A DNA stretch of 64,000 nucleotides from Trichosphaerium sp. ATCC 40318. Its lineage: Eukaryota > Protista > Tubulinea. How positions within the stretch are numbered: the first letter of the stretch is position 1; every line of letters starts with the position of its first letter. Below the pieces are notes generated by a model that did not search any database, was not told where the DNA came from, and saw only the letters and a list, made by a program, of their open reading frames with translations. Of this stretch, positions 1 through 13,146 are shown piece by piece. Location: assembly GCA_038496445.1 (NCBI GenBank), contig JALMLS010000056.1, positions 124,001 to 188,000 on the forward strand, in the 5' to 3' direction. Made by a program: the position numbers and the translations under genes.

Positions 1-17
1 CTTCGCCTCTCTTGCAG

Positions 18-1679
18 ATGAAGGTAGTTCAATCTAAGACTTTCTTTATACTTACCTTCTTTGAGTTCAAACTAGCATGGTATGCCTGTACTATGCAAAC
101 TCTGACTATTACAGTAACTGGTGCAGTCCTAAACAAGGCTTGGGTAAACTTCCTGAATTATTTGTTTTGTTCTTTTTTGTTGTATCTATCTCATTGATAT
201 ATTAGCTTGGTGGCAATCTGCAGTAGCTACAAGATACTTAATAGGTATATTTCAATCAACACTAAAACTGATAACTTACTTTTTTTTAGAGCACATGAGA
301 TCGTCTAAAAATGACAAGTTCTATTTTATCTTAGACCAAGTTTTTCAAAGGCAGGGTTTCCTTATATAAAGCCACCACTAATGTTAATACATTAGTTCTT
401 CTATGGAGAGAACTTGTATAGAGTGTATTGGTTAGAAAATGCTGTTTCATGTAGTACTTCGTGGCTAATACATGGAGTTAGGAGTTTGGAAAAATCTGAC
501 ATCTTTCATTGAGTGTAATTGCAACTCTTCTCAATCTAAGGTAGGAGTCCACTTTATCCTTGATTTATAATTTACATTATCAGGGAGATGAATGTGGATA
601 CCTTGATGATGAAGGTTGGTGGGGTATAACTTGGGTAGAGGCTTACAAGTATTCCCAAATGCTTGGCAAGCCAAATGATGCTTGGCTTCGAACTGCAAAG
701 CAGATTTTTTGGCACATGGCGAGCCATTGGAATGAAGAGTGTGGTGGCGGCATTCCTTGGATGTACGATTAACACCATTTAGTAGTTATACATTAAAGTT
801 AAACCTGTGTTAGGAAATGTGGCAATCTGAAGGCTTCTATTCAAAATGAGCTACTATTTAATTTAGCAATGCGTTTGTACTCTATTGATAAAGAAGGCAG
901 TTATCTGAATATAGCCTTGAAGGTATGGTCTTGGCTTAAAAATTCTGGTTTGCAAAATGATGTTGGTTTGTTCAACAACAGTGAGTGTATAAGGTCGTTG
1001 TTTCTATATTCGATATTGATTATTTTAGATTTGGAAGTCGGCACTTGCGACAATTCACGGGCCACTGCAGAGTGGACGTATAACCAAGCTATTGTCTTGA
1101 GGCCTTTAGTGGATTTGAGTATTGCTTTTCCAGATCAGAGGGCCTATTTTCTTGGACAAGCAGAGCGTATAGCTGACTCTGTATTGAACGAAGAAAACGG
1201 CTTTTTTTGGAAAAACACCAAAAAGTGGAAATATATCTTGAAAGAGAAGGCTTGTTGGCACCAAGGTCCATCTTATACACTGTACTCCATTAATCATCTA
1301 TTTTTTAGGTGTAAGTCATTGTGATACAGATCAGCAAGTATTTAAGGTACCAGACAACAAAACAGTTCGAGATTCTCATTTTATTAAGGGAACTTTTGCT
1401 TTGAATCTAGCTTGGCTTTATCTTCATGTGAGGAGGCCAGAGTATAAAGTGTGGATTCATCATAATGCACGTGCAGCTTGGCAAACAAGGACACTATCTG
1501 AGAGGGAGAAAAATTGTAAGGGCATACTTAGAAGAGGTGTTGAAGTGTATTGTTCCCAGTACAACTTGCACACTTTCCCTTTGAGTTGGTTACCGGAAAG
1601 TCCGGCCCCAGGACCAGCCACACTGTATACTCATGTATCAGCTTTTGGGCTATTTACGGCTGCAAGCTTGATTGAATGA
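18..1679 (+). CDS. Glycoside hydrolase family 76 (alpha-1,6-mannanase-like), multi-exon; start uncertain
   Basis: Exons encode YLDDEGWWGITWVEAY (GH76 catalytic DD motif), WNEECGGGIPW, IQNELLF, WTYNQ and FKG-T-FALNL; N-terminus is hydrophobic; stop TGA at 1677-1679. Confidence 0.85.
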
Positions 1680-1931
1680 ACTTAAAATAAAGATGGAATT
1701 CGTGGCTATACAGTTGGTAAAATCGTTACACATTTGTTTTACACTTGCTTTCTTTTTCTTTTCGATGAATTCTAGCAATGGCTATCAGCCATAAAAACAA
1801 TACTCAACCAGAGGCAAGTGGGTTGCTTTTTACGTTTGTTGAAGTGGTAAGTGATCCTTTTGATGTACACGTTTTTTTTTGGCGGTTTTTTTTTTCAACG
1901 CTGGTAAGTTTTTCAGTAATTCTGGCCAGCC

Positions 1932-2399
1932 ATGTCGATGACGTACATTGTATCATACGGCAACGTAACTAAAACATTCGAGAAGACGTTGTCAGCAGAA
2001 GAACTGGCTAAAGAAATTGTCGGTTGTTGCGGAACGTACTTTTTAGTCGATGAAGCTTTTCGAGTGCATAAGAGTGGTGTACCTGGCTACGGACCGTATA
2101 GACTAATACACTTTACTGTTTTGCTTGATAAACTGCATGCAGACAAAAACCGCCTTCAGCGTAAACTATTAATCGAAATGACAAAGGAGAGGTTGCTTCT
2201 GACGGCAGTAAAGAACGCACACCATAACAAATTCAAACGAAAATACAACACTGTTTTAAAGAAGATGGATCGATTAGACGTTAACAGTAACGGTGTAAGT
2301 AAGAGAAGTCATAGTCGTACAAGAAGAAAGAGTCAGTTGGCGAATATGAACAACAAGAGACAAAAATACAAATTAGATGATCCAATGGACTCCCAGTAA
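1932..2399 (+). CDS. Hypothetical basic protein; may splice to further exons up to about 2810
   Basis: 155-aa ORF with a GTAAGT donor at its 3' end; no recognisable domain. Confidence 0.4.
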   Translation: MSMTYIVSYGNVTKTFEKTLSAEELAKEIVGCCGTYFLVDEAFRVHKSGVPGYGPYRLIHFTVLLDKLHADKNRLQRKLLIEMTKERLLLTAVKNAHHNKFKRKYNTVLKKMDRLDVNSNGVSKRSHSRTRRKSQLANMNNKRQKYKLDDPMDSQ

Positions 2400-2867
2400 G
2401 TATAAATTGCATTAAAACTAGAAAAGAATCCGGATTAAGAGGTTTTTTGATACAAATTATTCGCAACATTTGTTTTAATTTCAATACGCGTTGCGTCTTG
2501 GTTGGGTAACCGTACGTGGATATAATGATCGCGGACGTCTGCATAAGTGGAGATTTATAACGCACCAAAATCAACGGATTAACTCTCAAAATGGGCAAAC
2601 TCGCTATAAAACCTCTATCACGCGCTACTTACTGTGTGAATGGCTTTGGCTCGTTTCTAAAGCTAAAACAACGCTTCAGTGAAGAGAATCTCTCTTTACA
2701 ATGGAACGCAATGACTTTTTCGTCTCTAGATAGAGTCTACGTAAGAATAAAGATCATTGGTTCTAAAACGCAAACCAAATGTACTCTTCAGAGTTTATTC
2801 TGGCCAAAATAAAACAAGATAATTAACATGTTAATGAAGTCTGGTTAATTAATAGTCGCTTTACACT

Positions 2868-4716
2868 TTATTCGGTGGCCTTTTTAAAATCAAACCCAGG
2901 CCATCTAGTAGTTGTATCCTCAAGTATATCAGCTACAAGGCAAACCATGCCACCAATACCTCCATAAAGCGAAAATGGTCTAGAGTTTGTTAGTAAGTCA
3001 GGAAAATAATGGTTTTTTTTATGAGTTTCTTTTCGACTTGCCTGTCTGGTGTTCCAAGGTGGTGATCGAATTTTTGGTTTATAAAAGCTGTCGCAAATGA
3101 GATGGCATGGTATAGAAACTTGTGATTACTTGTGGCTTTGTATAGTTTAAGAAAAACATATCTAATTTTGTGATTAGAAGTACAATTATAAACTGTTTTC
3201 AAAGAATTTACCCGCTTCCAGCTATACCATGACATAGTCCAGGACCTTTTACAAGATATCCGCGTTCCCATATCCATTGAGCCCTTGATGTCATTGTAAA
3301 TACATGCACTAACTTGAGTTCAAGCCTAGAAACTTGGTGTTTTTTTTGCATACCCTTGTTCTGCCCACGTGATGTACTTTTCTTCGTTAAACAGCTTGAG
3401 AATAAAGTAAGTATTTTTGTTGATAAAACAATAGCCATACTTCGTATGCCTTTATAAATAACAACACTGCACCTGGAGGACCATGGCACCATTGACATAA
3501 CTTCAAAGATCCATCTTCTAAAATAGAGTTACGCATCAAAATATCGTACTTCGTTATGTACCTCGAGAAGGAAAGTTGCCTTTGTATTGCGCAACCATCT
3601 TACCAATATAATCTAAAGGATGTTGTTAGATTTGTTCCATGCGTATTCATTTTTACACAAGGGAACAGCCGTACCTATAACGCCTTTGGCGTGTTGAATG
3701 TAAGTTTCATTCTGAAGAAACTCTGGGCATTGAAGAAGTACATAAAGGATACCAGTAGCACCATGACAAGCTAACACACGTAAGTTGGTATAAACAAAGA
3801 ATGGTTTTTGGCTTAACCTCCTAAATATTTCTTTGAGTGCCATGCCCACATCAATGGCGTCTCATCTGTTGCCATCCTTAGTACTATTATAAGTATTGGC
3901 GCAAGAAGATTTGGTCAGCGTACTCTTTTCCTTCCTCAACAAGCTTGTCAACTACTTGTTGTACATGACTTGATGGAATTGCTTGGTTTCCTAGATGACT
4001 GCGCACATAAAGAAGACAACAAAGGTACCCTTGTTATAAGGTAAGTACTTATACAAGATACACAAAATACCTGCGCGTCCATACAATACTTCATTTGATT
4101 TCATACTTGGCGACAATACACTAGATAAAGCCTTAAGCAGCAAGGTGATTTCTCTGTCTCTAAGGTAGCGTAAGCACGTGTTCACTTGAAATAATAACTT
4201 GGGTGCAATTACCTTGAGCTATCTTTTCCAGATAGGCCATACTGGACCGCTTTAAATGCATTCAACCCGAGTTCTCCTTCAAGAAGTGTTATTCTGTTTC
4301 TAAATGATGTTTTTTTAGCATTTTTAAAGTGGTTTAAACTCATTTTTTACCTTCTTTTGAGCTTTGCTGATGAAACAGAACTTCTTAGGTAAGCCCTTGA
4401 GTACTTTTTGAAGTCTTTAGAGAAGGAAGATAAGAATTTCTTCTCCCGTAGTTTTTCGAACATCAGATGGATACCAGCTTGTCCTGTATACGCAGAAAAG
4501 CTACTATTGCGCTGTTTAGCTTAATTTGGTTTTACACTCTTTGAAGTCGCACGATTGTTCCGAAGGAGGGTAGTTTTGCACCATAGATGTTGTAGTTTGG
4601 GAAATAAAAGCAATAAATTCATCTTGCTTCTTTTGGTTTAACAAAGTGTCACTGTTGCCGTCATAATCCTTTAAAACATGTACAATATATCTACCACATT
4701 CTGATATGTCGCTCAT
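2868..4716 (-). CDS. LANCL: LanC-like protein (LANCL1/2 family), multi-exon
   Basis: Motifs NEVLYGRAG, YLGACHGATG, QWCHGPPG, GPGLCHGIAGSG and PFSLYGGIGG; Zn ligands Cys, Cys and His are present. Confidence 0.9.
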
Positions 4717-5100
4717 ACCTGTGTTAACGGATTTTACACTCCACATACCTTAAAGGTTTAGCTGTTAAGGTGGAAGTAGAAAAAACCGAGAACCGTTTAA
4801 GACTAACTTGTAACCTTTATCAAACTACTAAGCAAAAAGGGCTACAAGGCATTTTAGAGGCTAAAATTGAGGGTATGTCTTAGTACAATGTACAACGTGA
4901 CTCAGGAGCTTATGTCAATTGATTTTAACCTACATTCGCATGTTATTTAATAAGTTGCACACAAGCACGTTACCAATTAGGAACCCAAACATCTTGTATA
5001 GCCCAAAACTCATTTCTTACTCTTGTAGCGTTGGCTCCACAAAAGACATAAGCAGTATTCAGTTGTGGAATGAAAACTGGGTCAACCTGAGAAATACCAT

Positions 5101-6617
5101 CTACGAAGAAGTTGGCACACGTGAAATTGAATCAACGCGAGAAGGGTGCTTACCATCTAACTGTAGTATTTTTTCCATTTTTTTTGAGTCGACATTGATT
5201 GTCCATACATCTTTGTAGCAACTACGTCTATTTGAACCACCCACAACTACCATCTTGTTAATAATCTTGACCTATCAAGCGATACTCTATTCTTGAAGCA
5301 AACTAAGAGAACTTACTTATAATCTTGTTGTTTGCAGTGCATACACCAATACGACATCTTGGTTCTGGAGGGTTGTCACACTCCAATACTAGTGGTTCTA
5401 TCCATTCTTCTTTATCAAGGTCAAACTGATACAGCTTAGTTAACTCTTTGTTGTTTCTTCCATATCCACCAAATATATACATGATTGATCCACAAATTGC
5501 AGCGCCATGAGTACGTATCTCTTCAGGTAAGAAATCATGCTTTTAAAAGGTAAGATATGTTCAAGTGCTGCAGAGCAAAAACCTTGCAAGTACATTATGT
5601 GTCACATGTGGTGTCCATAGTTCTGTTTTAGTATTTAATATCCATAAATCATTATAGTTTTTCTTAGCTGTTAAACGAAGTAAGTATCACGTGCTAACAA
5701 AACCGTTTGGGCAACAACAAGAGAAAGAAAACCGATAAACAAAATGGATTAATAAAACAAACTAAATTAATGTCCTTCATCAACAGCCACGCACAATTCC
5801 AGCCGCCAAAAACCTAACCAACAATTAATTAATTCAATTTTTATATGGCTTACATATATAGAACTCTTATAACCAACAGCAGTATGACAACTTCTCTGAG
5901 GAAGCTTACGATCCTTTGGAATCATAGATGCTGTAACAGTACAAGCATCAAAGTCCCAACCACTCAGTTTCATGGACATATTTGTAAGGTTAAAACGACG
6001 ATAGCCTATTGATAATACCGTTAACAGCTTGAAGTACCGTGGCCTATTAAATCATACCACAAATAATGTACACAGCATCTCCAATACTAACTAGTCTTGT
6101 CTCCGTAGTACCAGGTAATTTACAACCGCTTACTTTAAAAAGGGACCACTTGCCCTCCTCTACAAGAAGGAAGTTATTTAGAAATCAATTAAGTGAACAA
6201 GTCATACTTGGTTCGTACACATGTAGTGTATCGTGTAGTGCTCCAATGCAACTCACACTATCACTGGAGGGAGAATCACCTTGTAAAGAATTAATAACAA
6301 CCAATAGAAGTTCACGCACCCCCAAATAGCACAAGGCGCCCTTTAAAAGCACAGGCGCCATAGCACATGCAAGGATCTTACGCTTTATTAACGACAAGCC
6401 GATTTCGGTTTAACGTACTGGGTGCCTCTTTATTTCCAGGCAAAATATAACGCAGCTTCCAAAGATATGGATCTAAAGTGGTTTAATTAAAAACCTGGGT
6501 GTACACCATACCTTTGGCTGTATCATACCAGGATCTACACGTGACAGCCGCGTTGACCTTGTCACGAGCACTCAACCCTTTAAAAATTATCAACAGAATC
6601 TCATACGGCAATGACAT
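5101..6617 (-). CDS. F-box / Kelch-repeat protein
   Basis: N-terminal F-box SLPYEILLIIFKGLSARDKVNAAVTCRSW; Kelch repeats such as PQRSCHTAVGYKSSIYVFGG, RTHGAAICGSIMYIFGG and MVVVGGS. Confidence 0.85.
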
Positions 6618-6815
6618 GTTGTGCCAATATGAGAAAAAAAAACGCAATAAAAACTGAAATGTCATCCAATTTCAACGTACAATGTAAGTAACTTAGGAAT
6701 TGTGAAGGTCTTTCTATTATATTGGCTACTTCGACTACCGTTTTACATGGTGGCAGAGAAGATAGTACACCAATAAACATAAATAGTACATTTTTTATTT
6801 TTGCTTTTTGACTCC

Positions 6816-7630
6816 TCATAGATTGTCTATCTTTTCATCCATTGTTTCACTCTCCCGGACAGCCTCCTCCCTTTTAAATAAGAGAAAGCTTGCCTCAGCT
6901 AGTGTGTACACATATAATATATCACACTAAAACCGCTTGATTAGTACAACATTCCAAATAAAAACACCTGTGAACGTACATGACCTTTTTGACTTCTTCC
7001 CACTCTAGGACAAAATGTCACCACTGAACCACTCCGTACTGTTGCTATTTCTTTGCCCTTTTTGCGTCTTGCAGCCTTACGAATATCCTTGGATCTTGTG
7101 ATTTTGTTGATCTTCAGAAAAAACTTTTTTTTCTCGCCTGCAAAAAAATCGTAAAGTCAGAATTATTTCCGGTTGGCACATTGCAAGTTAGCACATTCTT
7201 ACCTTTGTACGTTACACCACTAAACAACGTTTCACTATGAACGCGAGTAATTGTAGCTATATTATCGTAGTCTAGATAGCTGTAAGTAATCGAAACCTGT
7301 ATACTGCGTGCCAGGGTGAAGTAAGTGTGGTGGAAGCTTTGGCGGTTTAGGAGCTGCTAGGTGAAACAATAGCCTCCAATCCCATTGCTTTTGGGTGGTC
7401 CAGACCTTGGGTAATACTTCCATTATCTCGCTTTTTTTATATCTTTGTTTAACAAGGGGCTACAGTTTTTAGCGTACACCGATACTACAAGGGCATACCA
7501 TCCAAAGCAAATTAGCCCGAGCAATATTGTACAAATAACGACATGTGGCACCGGAAATGGACAGAGTAGATGGTGACAAGTGACTACACACCTTATACCA
7601 CAACTCAGGTGGTAAATGTGGGCATGACAT
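6816..7630 (-). CDS. Small F-box protein; 3' end approximate
   Basis: MSCPHLPPELWYKVCSHLSPSTLSISGATCRYLYNIARANLLW is an F-box; tandem with the F-box/Kelch gene on the same strand. Confidence 0.7.
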
Positions 7631-7864
7631 TAGTGTTGTACAGTATTTCGCAAGCAAAAGCCCACAAGCGAAACCTTTCATAAAGTTCACTGAATAAGAC
7701 AACTGCGTCGCAAACTTTCTGAACTAACTATCAAACAAGCGTGACCCAAATGTTCTTAGTAAGCCCATATAGCGCTATGAACTACTTCAATCGGGTAGAT
7801 TGTCTTTATAACAATAATAATAAACTACAGACAAATCTTTGCAAGGGTATAAAAATTATTCGGT

Positions 7865-10800
7865 CTAAATTACATTGCTTAAAATATTCTGCATGTGTGA
7901 CGCGAATTGTGTGGCTATATTGGCATCTTGCGCTTTGATAGTTGCATTCAACAAATTATTAGATAAGTCAATGATAATTTCAGCTAAAATGAATGCATCT
8001 GTGGAATTCTACGGAGGAAGTATAAGTAAAAGCAACGCGAAAAAAATAACAATGGAAACACGCACATCTTTACCACACATGTAGAATTTCATGGTTTGTT
8101 TGACAACACCCGAAGCTACAAGTGCAATAGCATATTTCTTCATCTCCGTAGAAATAAGCTGTGTATTTAGTCTATCCGTAGTAGGGAGCTGAATCGTTGC
8201 TCTTAAGAAAATGAGTTAGCTTAATAACTAAGTTGCTTTAAACTCGTACTGCTTAGGCCAAGCCTTCCAGAACTGCTGGTAAGTATTCGGATTCAATGAC
8301 GCTCCCTGAACCAACTGCAAAGGAGTACCCTAAAAAACAACATCAGGACTGATTACATCCAAGAATTAAATGTGTACTAGTACGTACATAGTCAGCTTGT
8401 ACACCTCCTGTCATCAAATCTGGTGCAGAGTATACACCATTTGGTTCGGCTGGAACCTCAAATTCGCTAGCAGTATCATCTTCAGAGTCAATATCTGATT
8501 CGGTGTATGCCTAAAAAAACACAATTTAATATTGTTTTAAGTAGCTATTACATACGTCTTCCTCTTCTTCAGGCTCTGGTTGCTCCATAAATTGCTCTTC
8601 AAGCTGGCCGTAAATAACAGACAACGTATTAAATTCTTCAAAGAGTTTGTCCTAAAGCATAAATAATGAGACAAAGAAAAAGGGGTCAGGATTTCAGTAC
8701 AGATATTTCAAGCGATCCAAAATCTTCAACAAAACTTGAAACTGATGCAGAATTACCACCAAGTACAATTCTCTTTGCTTGGTTTATATCTGTTTTCAAC
8801 AAACGGTAGTATAGCAATGAACGGTCATGAACATCTGGAAAAGCATCATCTGCTACGCCAGCTTCCAAAATCATACCCAAAGCAGGTTTGACCTTAAGAT
8901 AACGTTAGCACAATCTTTACGGCAAAAAACTGTAATACCTCTGCTGGACGTTTAAAGAAAAGTTTCATGGCTGATGATAACAGCTGCAGTTTGACTTCAG
9001 GTTGTTCGCTTGCATATTCCTTTGCCATATCTTCAAGCATATATGGACTACCTTCAATCGATTCGCCGTATTCGCCCAATATCCATATAAATGCAGCCTG
9101 AAGTATGGTGTGAAAAAAAGTTTCTGTCACAGACAAAACAAAAATACCTTTGCTTCTGCTCCATCAAAGGTGTAACTCTTGTTAAAATGTGGTACCACTT
9201 GCTCTGCAGCAGTAGGATACTTACGTAATAGATCTATAAAGAATAAGTGTACGCCTAACAATAATAGAACAAGGTACCTCGCAGTGTAACAGCAGCGTTT
9301 CCTTGTACATGAGGGATATCCATGTTCAAGAATAACAACATTTTTTCTAGGGCTTTGCTACAAACTTGAGGAACATTAAGCCCGATTTTTCCAATACATT
9401 GTAGAGCCTTCCTTGCTACATCTTCATCTGGTTCAAATGCGTATTCACTAAAGGCGATCAATAACAGTTTTTGGTAGTACAGTTGTCCGTTTAAGCGTAC
9501 CTTAGTTCAGTTATAATTTCAACAGCATCGTCTACATGTGGTGCGAGTTCTTGTAAGATTTCAAGTTTTAGCAATTTTATGTACGCGTATTCGTTATATT
9601 TGCAGTAGAAGCGTTTATAATTATCCGCTAGTAACCGAGGAGCGCGAGGGATGAGTAATTGAACATGCTTAAGGACTGTGTAGGTTAATTCAGCGCTGGC
9701 ACCAGAAAGTGTCGAAAGTAGAGGCTCTACATTTTACTTTAATCATTATTTTCTTCTTTAGTTGGTTACCTTTTGCTCGCTGAAAGACTTGAGCGTGGAC
9801 ATCTGGCATATCAGCTGTGTAGTTGAAAAAAACTTTAATAACACCCAATATGACACCAGCGTTTGCTGATTTTAACCGCCCATCGAGTAGATTCTGCAAA
9901 AAACGCATAAACAACTAAATGAAAAAACAAAAAAATGTTGAAGTACCAAAATAGGAAATACTGTCTCTTCATCAGGTGGACGCCTTTTTTGACATGGTTA
10001 GAAAAACTGATAAACCACTAATATGTAACATACCATCCAGCGATAAGATGCAAAATACTGCATTGTGACCATTCGTCCATGAATTTTAAATTTGCAACCA
10101 AATGTACTATAATTTTATCATTCAATGCAATGCCACCCTCTCCCTAACATTGGTTTTTAATGACACAGCTCGCGTAAACGTCATCAGTAGCTCGTTAACT
10201 AACCCTTAGGATTTCGTTCAAAGCGTATACTGCATTAATAACCACGGCAGGGTCTTTGTCGCGCATCATCTCGTAGAGTTTGTTTATAAATGCGTCCTCT
10301 ACAAATTCATGTTACCTCTTCGCTCTCAAAATACTGTTGCGTACCTTTGATGGTCCCTGGTGCTATTTGAAACACTTTGGCACAACCCATTACTGCCGTT
10401 TTGCGCACATAAGGACTGACGTCTAGTAGCCCAGCTTTGATGCATGGTACGATATACTCTAATAACTCCACGTTGCTTTCCAAAAAGTGAGTACAACGGA
10501 TACAAGGCACGTTTAGCCTACCGAAGGGAGCACACTGCTTTTAGTGCAAGACCGCGAACCATAGGGCTGCTATCGCCAAAATCCTTCTGCAAAGTGTTGA
10601 CTGTTAAGAGTGACAATTCTTTGTTTTGACCGGCGAATGAGCATAGGTATAGATACGCAAGTTTCTTTTGAACAAAGTCGTTCGTATTTGTCGCCTTTTT
10701 GTAAAAAATTAACTTCCAGCCAAAACAACGCTTAAAGTAACGAACCATTATCATTTCTGGAAACAATGCTGCAACATCTATCCCAGACGTCATAAATGAT

Positions 10801-10946
10801 ATTACTTTCTTTACTCCATTACGAAGCTTCACAGTGTTCCTCAATTTAAGCGCTTGTTGCAACTCTTGGCGCAAATCATTCACTTCGCCCTTTTTGTATT
10901 CCGAAAAGTAGCTGGCGCCAGCTTCGAGCACGCCTTGGCCAGACAT
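7865..10946 (-). CDS. AP4B1: Beta-adaptin, most likely AP-4 complex subunit beta
   Basis: KKGEVNDLR, KKVISFMTSGIDVAALFPEMIM, KKLAYLY, DSSPMVRGLALK, SPYVRKTAVMG, WILGEYG, PDVHDRSLLYYRLL, EEFNTLSVIY; short C-terminal appendage typical of beta-4. Confidence 0.85.
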
Positions 10947-11149
10947 GATCACCAACGCAGCGTTCTTTTGGGTATTATAGTAAGTTTCAAATAAAGTCAA
11001 AAAACTATCTTTGAATTGCACTTTTTAGGGTAGCAAGTAGAACTACAATAGTAAACGGCAAATAGGAAGCGTATACACAGGAAAAAAAAACAGTAAAAGT
11101 GTGTTAAGGGCGAAATTATTAAGGCAAAACAAAACTTTACACCACAACG

Positions 11150-11723
11150 ATGCTTCTCCGATTTACCTCCAGAAGAGGTACGCAATACTTGTATATACCC
11201 AGTATTTAATGTCATTTAGTTATTCAAGCTGCCGCTCGCAGAGCTACTCCTTTTCAATACACGCCATTCAGGTACCTGACTTCACTGTAATTAAATTATT
11301 CATTGGTTCAAAACAAATTATCCATTGCGATGCTTACAATTCACTAGGCAATACAGTACCAACACAGGCCGCCAAGTCGCCTCTGTACGTCCTATTTTTC
11401 GGTTAATTCACTACTGAAGTGCTAGCACCGCTTACTTGGACTTTGTAGAGCAAATCTGCTCTTGCTACTGAGCCAGAAGTATGCCACAGCGTTTTTGGCT
11501 TCATGGCAGCCGCAGCCGGCGGTATCATTGGAGGTATTTTTTTGGCTGGCATGGGTCAAATGATGCAAGAACAAGACCGCTTGGAAGAACTTTACAATCC
11601 AGTACAAGATTAATCGGTAAACAAGTAACGACTAACAGTTGGTTTTTGTAGATCAGAAAACGTGAGATTGAGGCCGCCAAAAAGGAGGACGAGGCTAAAC
11701 AAGCAAAAGAGGCCAAAAAGTAA
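11150..11723 (+). CDS. Small (about 110 aa) single-pass protein with a mitochondrial-targeting-like N-terminus; 5 exons
   Basis: Splicing at canonical GT-AG sites gives MLLRFTSRRVIQAAARRATPFQYTPFRQYST...VFGFMAAAAGGIIGGIFLAGMGQMMQEQDRLEELYNPIRKREIEAAKKEDEAKQAKEAKK*. Confidence 0.65.
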
Positions 11724-11872
11724 AACAAAAGAACAAAAAAACATACTTGCCACTAATTTGATAAGAATCAACACTTGACATCCATACGCGTCACTTTCCA
11801 TTCAAATTATTTAACGAGAGTGCCAAAACAAAAAAAATAAAACCTTTCTAAACCTTACACACGCCTGGCTCT

Positions 11873-12972
11873 TTATTGAGGTCGTATTGATACGTCTCCA
11901 ACCATCAACGTGTCTGTGGTTCCATCTGCGTACTCAACCATCAAACAACCGTCATCTGAGTATCCGACAGGCTTTGCAGGTTTTTTTACTGCGCGTAGAA
12001 GTAAGCTACAATTTTTTTGAAGACAACAAACTGTATGCGTACCATCTCCATCACGTCCTTTTGGCATTACATTGATTTGTTTACCTTCAAGTAAATCCAA
12101 GCTTTTGTACACTTTCATAATTTCCGCCATCTCTTTACCGAGCATAGTTTCCATTGAATTGCACATGGCTGCTAAGAAAGCTTCTCTTGAAGCTTGCTTT
12201 CCAATTTCATTAAAGACACTAGTAGCCACCTTGGACACTTCTGGATCGCTCACTTTCGTCATGTCTTGGTTTACATTGACCTTAACAAAGACTGAGTTAC
12301 TCAAGTTGTAAACAATGAGTACTACTTACACCAATACCCAATACTGCCTCAATGTTTTTTCCCATGAATTGAGTATCGATCAACATGCCTGCCAGCTTTT
12401 TGTCGTTAACCCATACGTCATTTGGCCATTTTACTTTGGCGTCAATCCCTACTAGTGTTTAGTTTTGAACTAATACGCGTTGTTTTGAGATATGTACCGT
12501 GTTCTTTAGCTGCTTGCGCAACTGCTATACAGCACACAAAGTTCAATTTGTTCAACTCCTTTGCAGCGAGTGGGCGTAGGAGGAAGGAAACATAAATGTT
12601 ACCAGGATCGCTGTGTGTCAAGTGTTATCCAAAACAAAACTTTAGCTCCGTTATCGTACCTGCTCCATTTGCGACCTTGGCGACCCTTTCCTTGAGTTTG
12701 CGAGTCAGCTAAGACTACAGTTCCGGTTGGAGCCCCTTAAAACGTCAGTAGTCAAAAGATGCGTTTCTTACCTTGCGCGCCAATAGATTTGGCGATTGCC
12801 ATCGTTGATTCGGTTTGTTTGAAAAACGTAAAGCATCTACCAATATGATTTGTTGTGAGAGCATTGCTAAACGCCTTTGTGTCGAACGCTGCACTATTAG
12901 CGAGTGTTTTGATTAACAAAGCGTACTTGTATTTATGTTGTAGAATCGGTTAATTTCGGATGTAGAAGCCAT
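11873..12972 (-). CDS. Biotin--protein ligase (BirA/BPL catalytic domain plus C-terminal SH3-like domain)
   Basis: STMAIAK, QTQGKGRQGRKW, KWPNDVWVNDKKLAGML, GIGVNVN and GYSDDGCLMV. Confidence 0.9.
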
Positions 12973-13146
12973 CTTTGTTACGCGTGTACGCGGTTGACGA
13001 GTGTAAAATCTGCGAAACGTGGTGTGCAACTTAGAGAAATTGCTGTCAAAGATAGTCACATTTTTTCAAGAGAGTTATTGGCGCCCAAACTTTACAACTG
13101 TTGTACATTTGAATTAAATACTGTAACGTATATCCGCAGCGCAACT

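Noticed and set aside
2440-2812. Frame interrupted only by TAA codons, suggesting stop-codon reassignment
   Set aside because: Actin, GFAT and many other genes end in TAA or TAG at their conserved C-termini, so the standard code applies.
2868-4716. LanC-like gene as part of a lanthipeptide cluster
   Set aside because: It is an intron-containing eukaryotic LanCL with no precursor peptide, dehydratase or transporter nearby.
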